Part shown: positions 50,608 through 60,501 of the stretch, piece after piece
How the letters are laid out: the number at the start of each line of letters is the position of its first letter
Numbering within the stretch: the stretch's first letter is position 1
Source of the DNA: Thermoplasmata archaeon
GTDB taxonomy: Archaea > Thermoplasmatota > Thermoplasmata > UBA10834
Direction: 5' to 3'
NCBI GenBank assembly: GCA_041554135.1
Contig: JBFFML010000003.1
Span: forward strand, 2,858 to 66,857
Length of the DNA stretch: 64,000 bases
Notes under the pieces: generated by a model
What the model was told of the DNA's origin: nothing
What the model saw: the letters and a program-made list of their open reading frames with translations, nothing else
Database searches by the model: none
Translations under genes and position numbers: made by a program

Positions 50608-53600
50608 TTGGCTGAGACAAGGGATGATCCTCCTAGGCCTCTTCTGTCCGGGCTTTTCCGCAGGGGTGGAGGACCTAACGAGTTCATGAAGTGGCTCGGG
50701 GCGAACTGGGCGCCATTGGCCATGCTCATATTCATATTCCTACTCGCGCTGTTCGTGCGCTCGTTCTTCGCCTTCGAGATCAGCGCCGACAACGACTACA
50801 TCGTCTCCGGCGGGTCCGACTCGTACTACTGGCGCAGGATCATCGACTATCATGTTGACACGGGCGATTCCATGTACTGGGACTCGCTGATCAACTTCCC
50901 GATTGGCATCAGGAACCCGAGGCCGCCACTCTACAGCATGTCCGTCGCGGTGCCGGCCGTGGCGGTGTCGGACCTGTTCGAGAGCATGAGCGACGCCGTC
51001 GGGTTCATGTTCGTGTGGTCGACGGCCTTCTGGGGCGCGCTGACCGTCATCCCGGTCTACTTCCTGGGGAAGGAGACGTTCGGCAGACGGGCGGGCCTGG
51101 TAGCGGCCTTCCTGCTGGCGCTTATGCCCAGCCACGTCCAGAGAAGCGTGCTGTCCAACGCGGACCACGACGCGTTCATCCTGTTCTTCATAGTCCTGAC
51201 CTTCTACTTCATGCTGAAGGCCGTGACGGAGCAACGTCATGATAGATGGGTGGGCAGTTGGAAGAGCCGGTCGAGTATCTCGGCTGGGCTCTCAACTTAC
51301 TTCTCCGATAGCAGGACGGCCATCCTGTACGCCCTCATGGCAGGGATGTCCTTCGGCTGCGTCATCATGGCCTGGGTCGGCTTCGCCTACGTGGCCGTGC
51401 TCATGCTCGCCTATCTGCTGGTGCAGGTACTGATCAACAAGTTCAAGAACATCGACTCTACGAGCGTAACGATGCTCGTGCTCATCACGATGGGTTTCGG
51501 CTACCTGCTGGCGTTCCCGGTGTACTACGAGCAGTCGCTTATCGCGACCAGGTTCGATGTCCCCGTCTACCTCTTCGCCGGGGCGATACTCGTCGCGGCG
51601 TTGTTCGTCATCACGAGGGACTATCCATGGACGATCACCCTGCCGGCGATCGTCGGTACGCTGGTCGTCGGCGTCCTCGCGATAAGCGCGTTCTACCCCG
51701 CGCTCGGAGAGGCCATAATGACGGGCCAGGGATACTTCGTGCAGAGCAAGCTATACTCCACCATCGCGGAGGCGCGCGCGCCTGAGTTCAGCGAGTTGGC
51801 GATGGCCTTCGGCATGGTCACGTTCTTCGTGTCGCTCATAGGCCTCATCTACGCCGTGACGAGGATACCCAAGCAGACGTCTGCAGGGTCGACATTCATG
51901 ATCGTCTGGCTCGCGGCGGCCATATTCATGGCGATATCCGCTGGCAGGTTCATGTTCAACGCCGCGCCCGCTTTCGCAATCGCGGCCGGCTGGGTCCTCG
52001 TGATCATGGTCGACAAGATAGACTTCGCTGGCGTCGTGAAGTCGATGAAAGGCGCCAGCGGCTCGTTCCTGCAGGTGTTCAGGAAGAGCGTGAAGATACG
52101 CCATGTGACCGCGGCGCTGTTCCTGGCGTTCTTCATCGTGGTGCCGAACGTGTGGTTCAGCGTGGACGCGGGCATACCGGCGGAGACCAAGCGGGAGTAC
52201 GACAAGCAGATATACAACAGCTTCCCCGAGTTCATGAGACCCGCGGGCTACGACACCCACAACGGTTCGAACTGGTATCTCGGCGCCTTCGGTTTCTCGT
52301 TGCCGTTGCCCTCGCAGTACTATCCCGCGGCATGGGACTGGTTCTCGGAGCAGGATTCCGACATCTACCCCGAGACGACACGTCCGGCATACGTCGCCTG
52401 GTGGGACTACGGTTTCGAGGCGGTCGAGGAAGGCGACCATCCGACCGTCGCAGACAACTTCCAGAACGGGTACCAGGTGGCCGGTAACATCATAATGGCC
52501 CAGGGCGAGGACGACGCGATCGCGCTGTTCTCCCTGAGGCTAATGCAGCATGTCTACGTCACCGACGAGGACATGAAGGAGCGCATAGTCGCTTTGTTGG
52601 AGAAGCACGGGGTCGCGAGCGACGACATCGACTACACATTCACGGGCCCCGCGCAGGAGATCATAGACGCCGTGCTCGACGACCCTGAGAAGTACGGACC
52701 CATGGCCAGCGATATGAGCGCGACGAACGCCAGGCTGGTGTACGGTCGGGAGGTGCTATCGAGCATAGGCCTTGAGCCGTTGGTCGCTTTCTACGACGAG
52801 CTCTGCGAGCTCCTCAGCTGGGAGATACGATACTTCAATGTCGACTCCAGGATGTTCCCCTCGTCCGCCACCAACCCGGGGATATTCTACGCCCCGGCCA
52901 AGTTGGCGGACAGGCGTATACTCGGAGGGTCCATCCCGGTGGACTTCTTCGAGATCAAAGCGGTCACCGACCAGGGCCAGACAATCGCCCTCGAGGACGT
53001 GACGAGCAACATGAGGATAGTCGATTACTCGATAGAGTACAAGGACATGTTCTACGACAGCCTGTTCTACAGCGCCATGTGCGGCTTCAGCGGCGACGAC
53101 ATCGGCCTGGAGAAGAAGGGACTCCCGGGAATGAGCGGCACGGTCTCCACGCAGGAACCGATGCCCGGCTGGAACATGACGCATTTCAAGCTGGTCTACA
53201 GGACGAGCTATTACAACCCGTACCCAGCCGACCTCGTGCCGTTCCACCAGGACGCGTGGAGGGCCGTCAGCTACGACGAGGCCCAGGAGCTCGCGAAGGA
53301 GATACGCGCCGGCGACATCGAAGGCGTGATCGACCAGAGTGCGAGGTCGCTGTACATGAGCGGCACGGTCTTCCTGAAGTACTATCACGGAGCCTACCTG
53401 AACGGTACGGTCACGACCGAGGATGGCAAGGTCGTCGCGGGAGCGCGCGTCACCATACAGGACGAGTACGGCATACCGCACGACACGTGTCTGACGGACG
53501 ACGACGGCGCCTACTCGCTCCTCGCCCCGTTCGGCAACCTGTCGCTCGTCATCTCGTCTGGCGACGCCGCGCTCAACACGAGGCTTGAGGGAAGCACGGT

Positions 53601-56600
53601 CATCGCGGAGTTCGATGTCGACGTCACGGACGACCAGTCGATGAGGGTGAGGCAGGACCTCGACCTCGACGGCGTGTACGATTACATCATCACCAAGGAT
53701 TGCACGGTTGGCAGCGGGGAGGTCATGGGGGACGTGTTCTGGGACCTCAACTTCGACGGCGAGTATTCGCTGACAGACGACGACCTCATACCCGAGGGGA
53801 CGGTCTACTTCGAGAACAAGGTGAGCGGGGAGGAGGCATCAGTCGAGTTCTCGGAGGGTTTCTACACCGTCCCACTGCCGCCAGGTCAGTACAGGGTGTA
53901 CGCTAACGTGCTCGGCACGGAACTTACGATGTCGCTCCAGGAGAACGTGACCTCGGGCAAGAAGAGCGAGGTCAACCTGGCCGTGAAGCCGGCCATGCTC
54001 AAGGGCAACGTCACGACTGCCGACGGCGTCCCCGTCGCCGGCATGGAGCTCGCGCTCAGGAACGCCTTCTTCGACACCGAGTTCACGGCCGTGACGAACG
54101 CGACGGGCGCATACATCTTCTCGAAGGTCATAGGCGGCAAGTACACCCTGTCGACCGAGGATCCGGAACTCATCGTCTTCAACGCGTTGATATCGCTCGA
54201 TGTGGAGTCCGTCGAGGAGAGGGATGTCACCGTGTTCGAGAGGCGGAGCGTGAAGTTCAGGGTGTCTCTCGACGGCGTCCCGGTGCCTTACGCGCCCTAC
54301 ACGATCCACAACATGTACTATCCGAACGAGTACATCTCCGGCGTGACGGACAGATATGGGTGGGTCAAGGCCGACCTGTCGAAGGGGTACTGGTCCATAT
54401 ACTCCGTGTACAGCGACGGCGCCGAAGACTACGCCGGGTACGTCGGATTGGACCTCTACTACGAGGATAGCGCGGCGGGCACCATCGCGCTCGAGCCGGC
54501 CTTCACCGTCGAGGGCAGCCCGAGGTTGTCCGGACCGTACGGGCTCATCAGGGACACGTTCGTCGTGTTCGTCGCCGAGGATGGCGCGAGACTGTTCTTC
54601 AGGACCGACAACCTGGGCAACTTCGACACCCGTCTCCCAGAGGGGACCTACGATGTGCTCTGCTGGGCCGTGTCGGGGTCGAGCGTGCTCTCGGAGACGT
54701 TGACGGTCGATGAGGACCTCACAGGCCTTAGGCTGTACGCAGAGGGCAGCGTGATCGTCACCGGAAGCGTCTGGCTCGACGAGGACAGTTCGGGGTCGAG
54801 GGGAGCTTCCGAGCTCGGCGCCTTCGCGTTGCTCGAGGTCACCGACGCCTATGGCAGGACATACGCGACGAGGGCGGACCACGGGGGCGACTACAGGTTC
54901 CTCGTGGTCAAGGGCATGAGGGTCACATTCACAGTCGCCGACCCGGGCTACTCCGGATGGAGCATGAGCGCCCTGTACGGCAACGAGGCGAAGAACGTCA
55001 CGCTGTTCGCGACACCGGACGATGTGGTCGTCTCTGGGTGCGTCATACACGACGGCGCAGGCGTGAGGGGCGTCGAGGTGGCGTTCCTGCCGGACACGAT
55101 AGCCAAGGAGGCGATATACGTGGTGACGGGCACCGGGGGTTACTACACCGCGCATGTGCCTCCGGGCGACTACACCATCCTCGTCGACGATGACGTGGGC
55201 GTCATCGGGGGCGAGGTACTGCAGTTCGAGGCCGAAGAGACCATCGAGCCGACCGGCGAGGTCGTGCTTTACGACATCTATCCCGCGCGCAGGGTCCAGA
55301 TCTCCGGCAACGTGCTCGGAGCGGCGGAGGTGACGGAGGTCAGGATGGACGGCCCGGAGGAGGTCGTCGTCGACATCGACGGGTTCACATACAGCGCATG
55401 CGTCATCCCAGGTACATATCACATATACGCCTCAGGAATGACGGACGACACCGTGCTGGCGGGCGTGCTCAAGGTCTATGTCCAGGCAGGCGCGACACAG
55501 TTCGACGTGTACCTGGACGAGGCACGCGAAGTGTCGGGCGTGGTGTACATCGACTCCGCCCCGGCGACGAGCGCCGTCGCCATCTCCGTGTTCACGGAGG
55601 ACGGCGCCAAGGTCGCGGCTGTGACGTCTGTGACGGGCGCGTTCAGCCTTCACCTCCCGTCCGGCAGCTACGCGTTCACCTACAGCCTCGAGTCCACCAG
55701 CGTCGAGGACGGCCGGACGCTGTACGTGGAGTACGTCTCATCCGAGATGGTCAGCGTCGCCTCGTCGAACGTCACTCTGAGCCCGCACCTGGAAATGCGG
55801 CTCGACAACACGACGCTCACGGGAACGGTCACCGACGCCGACGGTGCGCCTGTCCAGGCGCAGATACAGCTCACCCCCAACACTCGGTATGGGCTCGCGG
55901 CGACTTTCTACACCGACGCCTCGGGTGACTTCGAGGCGTGGATACAGCCGGGAGACTATACCGTGTACGTCAAGCGGTCGCAGGATGCCAGCGTGTCGCT
56001 CGGCTTCGTCGGGATATCGAGGAACGAGGCCAAGGACCACGATGTGCAGGTGTCCGAGGGGAGGTTCCTGTCCGGTAGGATCACGGCCGGCGGATACCCC
56101 GTCGCCGGCTCGTTGACGGTCTCGTCGGGCGACGCCTCGCTGAGTGTCTCGAGCGACGCCGACGGCTACTTCAGGTCGCTGCTGCCGCAGGGCTCCTACG
56201 TCGTCTCGTCGAGCACGCAGAGGACGGAAGGCGGGATGACCATCCGGTACTCGCTCACGACGACCGTGGACCTGGGGTCGTTCGACCGCTATGTCAACCT
56301 CAAGCTCAACAGGGAGAACACTCGGTCTGTGACGGCCAGCTGGAACGCCTCCCTGGCGCTGCCGGCGGGCGTCGGCCAGACCGTCACCTATGTGTTCGTC
56401 GTGGAGAACACGGGCAACGTGGGGGACGACTTCGAATGCCGGTTCATGGGCACCGGGTTCGACGTGACCTTCGTGCCTGAGAGCCAGTTCATAGATTTCG
56501 GGACGAACGGGAACACCGCCACCTTCGTCGCCCAGGTGACGGTCCTCGAGGACGCTGTCGCTGGCGACACCCCTGTCCCGATCCAGATGCGGTCCGAGAC

Positions 56601-57195
56601 GTCGTCGAGCGCACGGGCAGACCTGGAGCTCATCGTCAAGGTGCCGCCCGTGTATTCCACGGAGGTGACGACGGTAGATGAGGAGGGGGCGTCGGTCGTC
56701 GGCGACACGACGAGGACGCTCATACATGTGATTAACACCGGCAACACGCAGGCCGAGTACGATCTGGCCATAACGAACCTCGAGTACCTCGTGAGCCGCG
56801 GTTGGAGCGCGCGGGCGATGCTCACGGGCTCCGGGGAGGAGGTCGGTGTCATGAATATAGAGTACCAGGGTCACAGGGAGATATACATCGAGTTCACGTC
56901 CATCAGGAGTGACCCCGACCCGAAGGCGGAGGCGACGGTCCTCGTGTGGTCCGTCGCGGACCCAGGGCAGACCACGGTCGCCTCGATACCCATCATCCTC
57001 CCGGACATCAGCATCGGCCCCGGAGGCCTGGATGTCGTTCGGGACGACTTGACATACGAGTACGATCCATCCGACCTGTACATCAACATCGGCCTGGTCT
57101 GCGCAATCGGCGCCCTGGTCGCCATGTTCGTGTTGCTCAGGCGGAGGAAGGGCCTCGGCGGCCTCAGGAAGAAGGGCAAGGGTGATAAGCGATGA
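50608..57195 (+). CDS. aglB: Oligosaccharyltransferase AglB/STT3 with very large C-terminal beta-sandwich extension and C-terminal TM
   Basis: GGSDSYY, DHD, TIAE, WWDYG and DNFQ motifs; ~13 N-terminal TMs; CarboxypepD_reg/SdrD-B-like repeats; terminal TM followed by RRRK tail. Start 50596 or 50608. Confidence 0.9.
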   Translation: MAETRDDPPRPLLSGLFRRGGGPNEFMKWLGANWAPLAMLIFIFLLALFVRSFFAFEISADNDYIVSGGSDSYYWRRIIDYHVDTGDSMYWDSLINFPIGIRNPRPPLYSMSVAVPAVAVSDLFESMSDAVGFMFVWSTAFWGALTVIPVYFLGKETFGRRAGLVAAFLLALMPSHVQRSVLSNADHDAFILFFIVLTFYFMLKAVTEQRHDRWVGSWKSRSSISAGLSTYFSDSRTAILYALMAGMSFGCVIMAWVGFAYVAVLMLAYLLVQVLINKFKNIDSTSVTMLVLITMGFGYLLAFPVYYEQSLIATRFDVPVYLFAGAILVAALFVITRDYPWTITLPAIVGTLVVGVLAISAFYPALGEAIMTGQGYFVQSKLYSTIAEARAPEFSELAMAFGMVTFFVSLIGLIYAVTRIPKQTSAGSTFMIVWLAAAIFMAISAGRFMFNAAPAFAIAAGWVLVIMVDKIDFAGVVKSMKGASGSFLQVFRKSVKIRHVTAALFLAFFIVVPNVWFSVDAGIPAETKREYDKQIYNSFPEFMRPAGYDTHNGSNWYLGAFGFSLPLPSQYYPAAWDWFSEQDSDIYPETTRPAYVAWWDYGFEAVEEGDHPTVADNFQNGYQVAGNIIMAQGEDDAIALFSLRLMQHVYVTDEDMKERIVALLEKHGVASDDIDYTFTGPAQEIIDAVLDDPEKYGPMASDMSATNARLVYGREVLSSIGLEPLVAFYDELCELLSWEIRYFNVDSRMFPSSATNPGIFYAPAKLADRRILGGSIPVDFFEIKAVTDQGQTIALEDVTSNMRIVDYSIEYKDMFYDSLFYSAMCGFSGDDIGLEKKGLPGMSGTVSTQEPMPGWNMTHFKLVYRTSYYNPYPADLVPFHQDAWRAVSYDEAQELAKEIRAGDIEGVIDQSARSLYMSGTVFLKYYHGAYLNGTVTTEDGKVVAGARVTIQDEYGIPHDTCLTDDDGAYSLLAPFGNLSLVISSGDAALNTRLEGSTVIAEFDVDVTDDQSMRVRQDLDLDGVYDYIITKDCTVGSGEVMGDVFWDLNFDGEYSLTDDDLIPEGTVYFENKVSGEEASVEFSEGFYTVPLPPGQYRVYANVLGTELTMSLQENVTSGKKSEVNLAVKPAMLKGNVTTADGVPVAGMELALRNAFFDTEFTAVTNATGAYIFSKVIGGKYTLSTEDPELIVFNALISLDVESVEERDVTVFERRSVKFRVSLDGVPVPYAPYTIHNMYYPNEYISGVTDRYGWVKADLSKGYWSIYSVYSDGAEDYAGYVGLDLYYEDSAAGTIALEPAFTVEGSPRLSGPYGLIRDTFVVFVAEDGARLFFRTDNLGNFDTRLPEGTYDVLCWAVSGSSVLSETLTVDEDLTGLRLYAEGSVIVTGSVWLDEDSSGSRGASELGAFALLEVTDAYGRTYATRADHGGDYRFLVVKGMRVTFTVADPGYSGWSMSALYGNEAKNVTLFATPDDVVVSGCVIHDGAGVRGVEVAFLPDTIAKEAIYVVTGTGGYYTAHVPPGDYTILVDDDVGVIGGEVLQFEAEETIEPTGEVVLYDIYPARRVQISGNVLGAAEVTEVRMDGPEEVVVDIDGFTYSACVIPGTYHIYASGMTDDTVLAGVLKVYVQAGATQFDVYLDEAREVSGVVYIDSAPATSAVAISVFTEDGAKVAAVTSVTGAFSLHLPSGSYAFTYSLESTSVEDGRTLYVEYVSSEMVSVASSNVTLSPHLEMRLDNTTLTGTVTDADGAPVQAQIQLTPNTRYGLAATFYTDASGDFEAWIQPGDYTVYVKRSQDASVSLGFVGISRNEAKDHDVQVSEGRFLSGRITAGGYPVAGSLTVSSGDASLSVSSDADGYFRSLLPQGSYVVSSSTQRTEGGMTIRYSLTTTVDLGSFDRYVNLKLNRENTRSVTASWNASLALPAGVGQTVTYVFVVENTGNVGDDFECRFMGTGFDVTFVPESQFIDFGTNGNTATFVAQVTVLEDAVAGDTPVPIQMRSETSSSARADLELIVKVPPVYSTEVTTVDEEGASVVGDTTRTLIHVINTGNTQAEYDLAITNLEYLVSRGWSARAMLTGSGEEVGVMNIEYQGHREIYIEFTSIRSDPDPKAEATVLVWSVADPGQTTVASIPIILPDISIGPGGLDVVRDDLTYEYDPSDLYINIGLVCAIGALVAMFVLLRRRKGLGGLRKKGKGDKR

Positions 57196-58004
57196 CCGGA
57201 CGCAATGCGTGGTCGCGTTCGAGGCGCCGGTTGGCCGCGCTGATCGCGCTCGCGGCGCTCGCAGTGCCGTTGTTCGCCGTCCTGCCAGTCACGCAGGACG
57301 CGCAGGCCTACAGCGACATAGGGATCGACCTGGACTGCCCCACCTTCGCCGGCACGCTCGAGAAGGTCGAGTGCAGGCTCACGGTCACCGGGGGGCCCGC
57401 GGGGGACGTCGGGGGCAACTTCAGCTACAAGATCGAGATAATCGCCGACAACAAGACCGGCTCCAGCGTCACACCGCCCAGCGGCTCGTCGGCGACGGGC
57501 GTGTTCAACTTGACTGTGACGATGCCCGGTGAGGCGCAGCAGACGATCAAACTGCGCGTCAACGTGACGTCCAAGGCGCTCCCCTCCAGCGATACGCAGG
57601 ACAAGGTCAGGGACTTCGAGATCAAGGTCGTGGAGCCGATCGTGATCACCGCGACGGTGTTCAACACGGGCGCGGTCGAGGCGAAGAACGTGACCGCGAA
57701 GTTCTACGCGGACAGCGTGTTCATCGGAGAGCGGAAATTCGACCTCGCGGCGGGCGCGAGCATCACGCTCACGCACAACTGGACGTGGCTGAACGTCGAT
57801 ACGGGGAAGCACACGGTGACGGTCGTCGTCGACGACAAGGACGGGATCGTGGAGTTCAGCAACGGCAACAACGCGTACACGATGACCATCTACGTGGGGG
57901 AGGAGAGCAACCCGTTAGGGGGCGTCCTCACGATAGGCGTCATCGTGATGTCCGTGATGGTATTCCTGACGTATCTACAGAAGCCTGCGCCGAGGAAGAA
58001 GTGA
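57192..58004 (+). CDS. Secreted CARDB/Ig-like protein with C-terminal membrane anchor
   Basis: Signal peptide ending AQA; ITATVFNTGAVEA...GKHTVTVVVD...IVEFSNGNN (CARDB); C-terminal TM plus basic tail; ATGA overlap with aglB. Confidence 0.8.
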   Translation: MTGRNAWSRSRRRLAALIALAALAVPLFAVLPVTQDAQAYSDIGIDLDCPTFAGTLEKVECRLTVTGGPAGDVGGNFSYKIEIIADNKTGSSVTPPSGSSATGVFNLTVTMPGEAQQTIKLRVNVTSKALPSSDTQDKVRDFEIKVVEPIVITATVFNTGAVEAKNVTAKFYADSVFIGERKFDLAAGASITLTHNWTWLNVDTGKHTVTVVVDDKDGIVEFSNGNNAYTMTIYVGEESNPLGGVLTIGVIVMSVMVFLTYLQKPAPRKK

Positions 58005-58096
58005 CCCACGGCCGAGGCGACCCTTGCCGCACAGGTCAGGGATAGCATAAAATATGGCACAGGCTTTTCCATGCGCTCGTTACTGGAGCGGTTGAC

Positions 58097-58423
58097 GTGT
58101 CTGAGAACATCCACGATCTGACAGATGCGAACTTCGACGAGAAGGTCAAGGGTTCGCCAAGGCTAGTGGTTGACTGTTGGGCCCCTTGGTGCGGACCTTG
58201 CAGGATGATCGCCCCCACGCTCGAGGCGCTCGCCAAGGACTATGACGGGAAGGTCGCGTTCGCCAAGCTCAACACGGACGAGGCGGCCAAGACTGCCATG
58301 TCGCTCGGGATACACAGCATCCCGACGCTGATATTCTTCAAGGACGGCGAACAGGTCGAGCGACTGACGGGCGCCCATCCGAGGGCCAACATCGAGGCGG
58401 TGCTGAAGAAGCACTTCGGCTGA
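58097..58423 (+). CDS. trxA: Thioredoxin
   Basis: WAPWCGPC; SIPTL. Confidence 0.95.
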   Translation: MSENIHDLTDANFDEKVKGSPRLVVDCWAPWCGPCRMIAPTLEALAKDYDGKVAFAKLNTDEAAKTAMSLGIHSIPTLIFFKDGEQVERLTGAHPRANIEAVLKKHFG

Positions 58424-58426
58424 GGC

Positions 58427-59053
58427 TCACTGGCCGTGGGACCTGGCGGCCAGGTCGTCGAGCTTGTCGTGCAGCCTCTTCGCGTTGGTCGCGACGGCGA
58501 CGTCGCCCCTGGTCTTCTCGAGCAGGCTCCTCGCGACGTCCTGCTTGTGCTTGACGGCAGCTATCGCGTCGGGATAGTCGAACCTCATGAGCGCGTGGTA
58601 TATGTCCTCCATGACGTCGAGGTGATGGTTTGCGCGCTCCGTGTTCCCCTTCCGCAGCTCCTCCAGCGCGAACCTCCTGAGCTCCCCGACGGTGTCCCCG
58701 AGGGCTAGGAGGTAGGGTATGCTCCCGATGCCGAGGTCCTCCGGCAACGGCACGTCGTCCTTCGACAGCAGCGACATCACCATGCCCACTTCGCCGTATT
58801 CCTGGAACGCGCTCTCGACATAGCCCGTCCGTGCGAGGTCGGGGTGGTCCAGGAGCAGGTTGGTGAGCCTCGAGGCCTCGTCCTTCAGCTCAGCGAGCTT
58901 GGGGCCGATGTCGACGCCCCGGTGTAGGTCCTTCAACGCAGAGCCCGACAGCCTCACGACGGCCCTGGAGGACTTGAGCGCGATCTCCCTTATCTGGTCC
59001 TTCTCGTCGAGTTCGAGCTCTATCTTGGCGACCGCCTCTTCCAGGTTCTTCAT
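58427..59053 (-). CDS. Translin/Trax-like RNA-binding protein
   Basis: REIALKSSR, FQEYGE, YLLALGDTVGELRR, KQDVARSLLEKT. Confidence 0.85.
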   Translation of the reverse strand: MKNLEEAVAKIELELDEKDQIREIALKSSRAVVRLSGSALKDLHRGVDIGPKLAELKDEASRLTNLLLDHPDLARTGYVESAFQEYGEVGMVMSLLSKDDVPLPEDLGIGSIPYLLALGDTVGELRRFALEELRKGNTERANHHLDVMEDIYHALMRFDYPDAIAAVKHKQDVARSLLEKTRGDVAVATNAKRLHDKLDDLAARSHGQ

Positions 59054-60381
59054 CCGCTCACCCCTCTGACCTCCCTCATATGGCGCACGCGCGCCTCGAT
59101 CATGTCTCTCTTGCCTATGTCGTGTCGTACTGCGACCCTTCCTGAGATGTGTCTCACGGCGCGCTCGGCCACTTCCTCGGCCTCCTCAATGGTGTCCGAG
59201 ACGCCCACGACGCCAGCGGCCCTGGAGGTCGTGGTGTACACGCGTCCGCCATCCTCGTTCACGTTGGCGTAGTACAGCAACGCCCCCTCGTCGGATATGG
59301 CCCTCTCGTCGATGCCTATCTCTTCCCCGGAAAGGGGTCTCACGCCGTATCCCTCGGGCACGACGTACTTGCACACTGTCGCCTTCGCGCCGAAGGCGAC
59401 ATCCTCGGATGACAGCGACCCGTTCGCCATGCCCTCGCATATGGCCACAAAGTCGTCGTCCAGTATCGAGAGGGCGTTCATCGCCTCAGGGTCGCCGAAC
59501 CTGGCGTTGAACTCCACTATCTTGGGGCCTTCCCTCGTGAGCATGAACTGCCCGTACAGTGTGCCCCTGTACTCGGCCCCTTCCTCCCTCAACGCCTCGA
59601 CCGTCCGGCGCATTATCTCGACGGCGGAGTTGTAGTCGGCCTGCGGCAGGAAGGGCAGCAGCCCGCCCGCCTGGGAGTACGACCCCATCCCGCCAGTGTT
59701 CGGCCCTTCGTCGCCCTCGAACGCCCTCTTGTGGTCCTGTACCGCGGGCATCGGGGCCAATCGCGTGCCGTCACAGAAGGCCTGCAACGTGAACTCCTCG
59801 CCGACCAGCCGCTCCTCGATGACGAGCGAGGCGCTGCCGCCGATGCTCTTGTCCAGTATCTCGCCGGCGTAGGCCATCGTGTCCTCCCGGGACCTCAGAT
59901 GCTCTCCGAACACCTTGACGCCCTTGCCGCCCGTCAATCCCGTCGGCTTGACCACGACGTCGTCGCCGAGATCGCCAAGGGCGTGTTTGACATCGTCGAG
60001 GCTCGTCGCCACGGCGAACCTCGTCCGGCCCGGCACATCGTGTCTGAGCATGAGCTCCCGCGCGAATACCTTGGATGTCTCGATCCGCGCGGCGGCCTTC
60101 GTCGGGCTGGCCACCGGCACGCCCGCCGCCTGGAGGGCGTCCGCGAGCCCAGCCTCCAAGGGGGCCTCGGGACCGACAACGGCGAGCGAGACGGACTTGC
60201 TCTCCGCGTACTCGACCACCTTGGCCACGTCCATCTCATCGGCCAAGAGGCAGTCGGCCGCGGTCCTTCTTATGCCCGGGTTGCTGTTCTTCATGCAGGC
60301 GTACACTTCGGCGCCGGACCTTGCCAGTGCCTCTACGATCGCGTGCTCTCGGCCTCCGCCTCCGATGGCCAGAACCTTCAT
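59050..60381 (-). CDS. purD: Phosphoribosylamine-glycine ligase
   Basis: GGGGREHA, VGPEAPL, QDHKRAFEGDEGPNTGGMG, EFNARFGDPE. Confidence 0.96.
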   Translation of the reverse strand: MKVLAIGGGGREHAIVEALARSGAEVYACMKNSNPGIRRTAADCLLADEMDVAKVVEYAESKSVSLAVVGPEAPLEAGLADALQAAGVPVASPTKAAARIETSKVFARELMLRHDVPGRTRFAVATSLDDVKHALGDLGDDVVVKPTGLTGGKGVKVFGEHLRSREDTMAYAGEILDKSIGGSASLVIEERLVGEEFTLQAFCDGTRLAPMPAVQDHKRAFEGDEGPNTGGMGSYSQAGGLLPFLPQADYNSAVEIMRRTVEALREEGAEYRGTLYGQFMLTREGPKIVEFNARFGDPEAMNALSILDDDFVAICEGMANGSLSSEDVAFGAKATVCKYVVPEGYGVRPLSGEEIGIDERAISDEGALLYYANVNEDGGRVYTTTSRAAGVVGVSDTIEEAEEVAERAVRHISGRVAVRHDIGKRDMIEARVRHMREVRGVSG

Positions 60382-60501
60382 GTCCCGCTCCCCCAGCGGG
60401 GCATAATGTTCGCGTCTTAAGTATGTTGCCACATGCGCGGAACCGAGCGGTGTGCGCCATCCAGCAAATCATTTAATGCGACAAATCCCATCCACCGCAT
60501 C

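Noticed and set aside
58097..58423. Thioredoxin as an Ost3/Ost6-like OST subunit
   Set aside because: No signal peptide or TM, so it is an ordinary cytoplasmic WCGPC thioredoxin.
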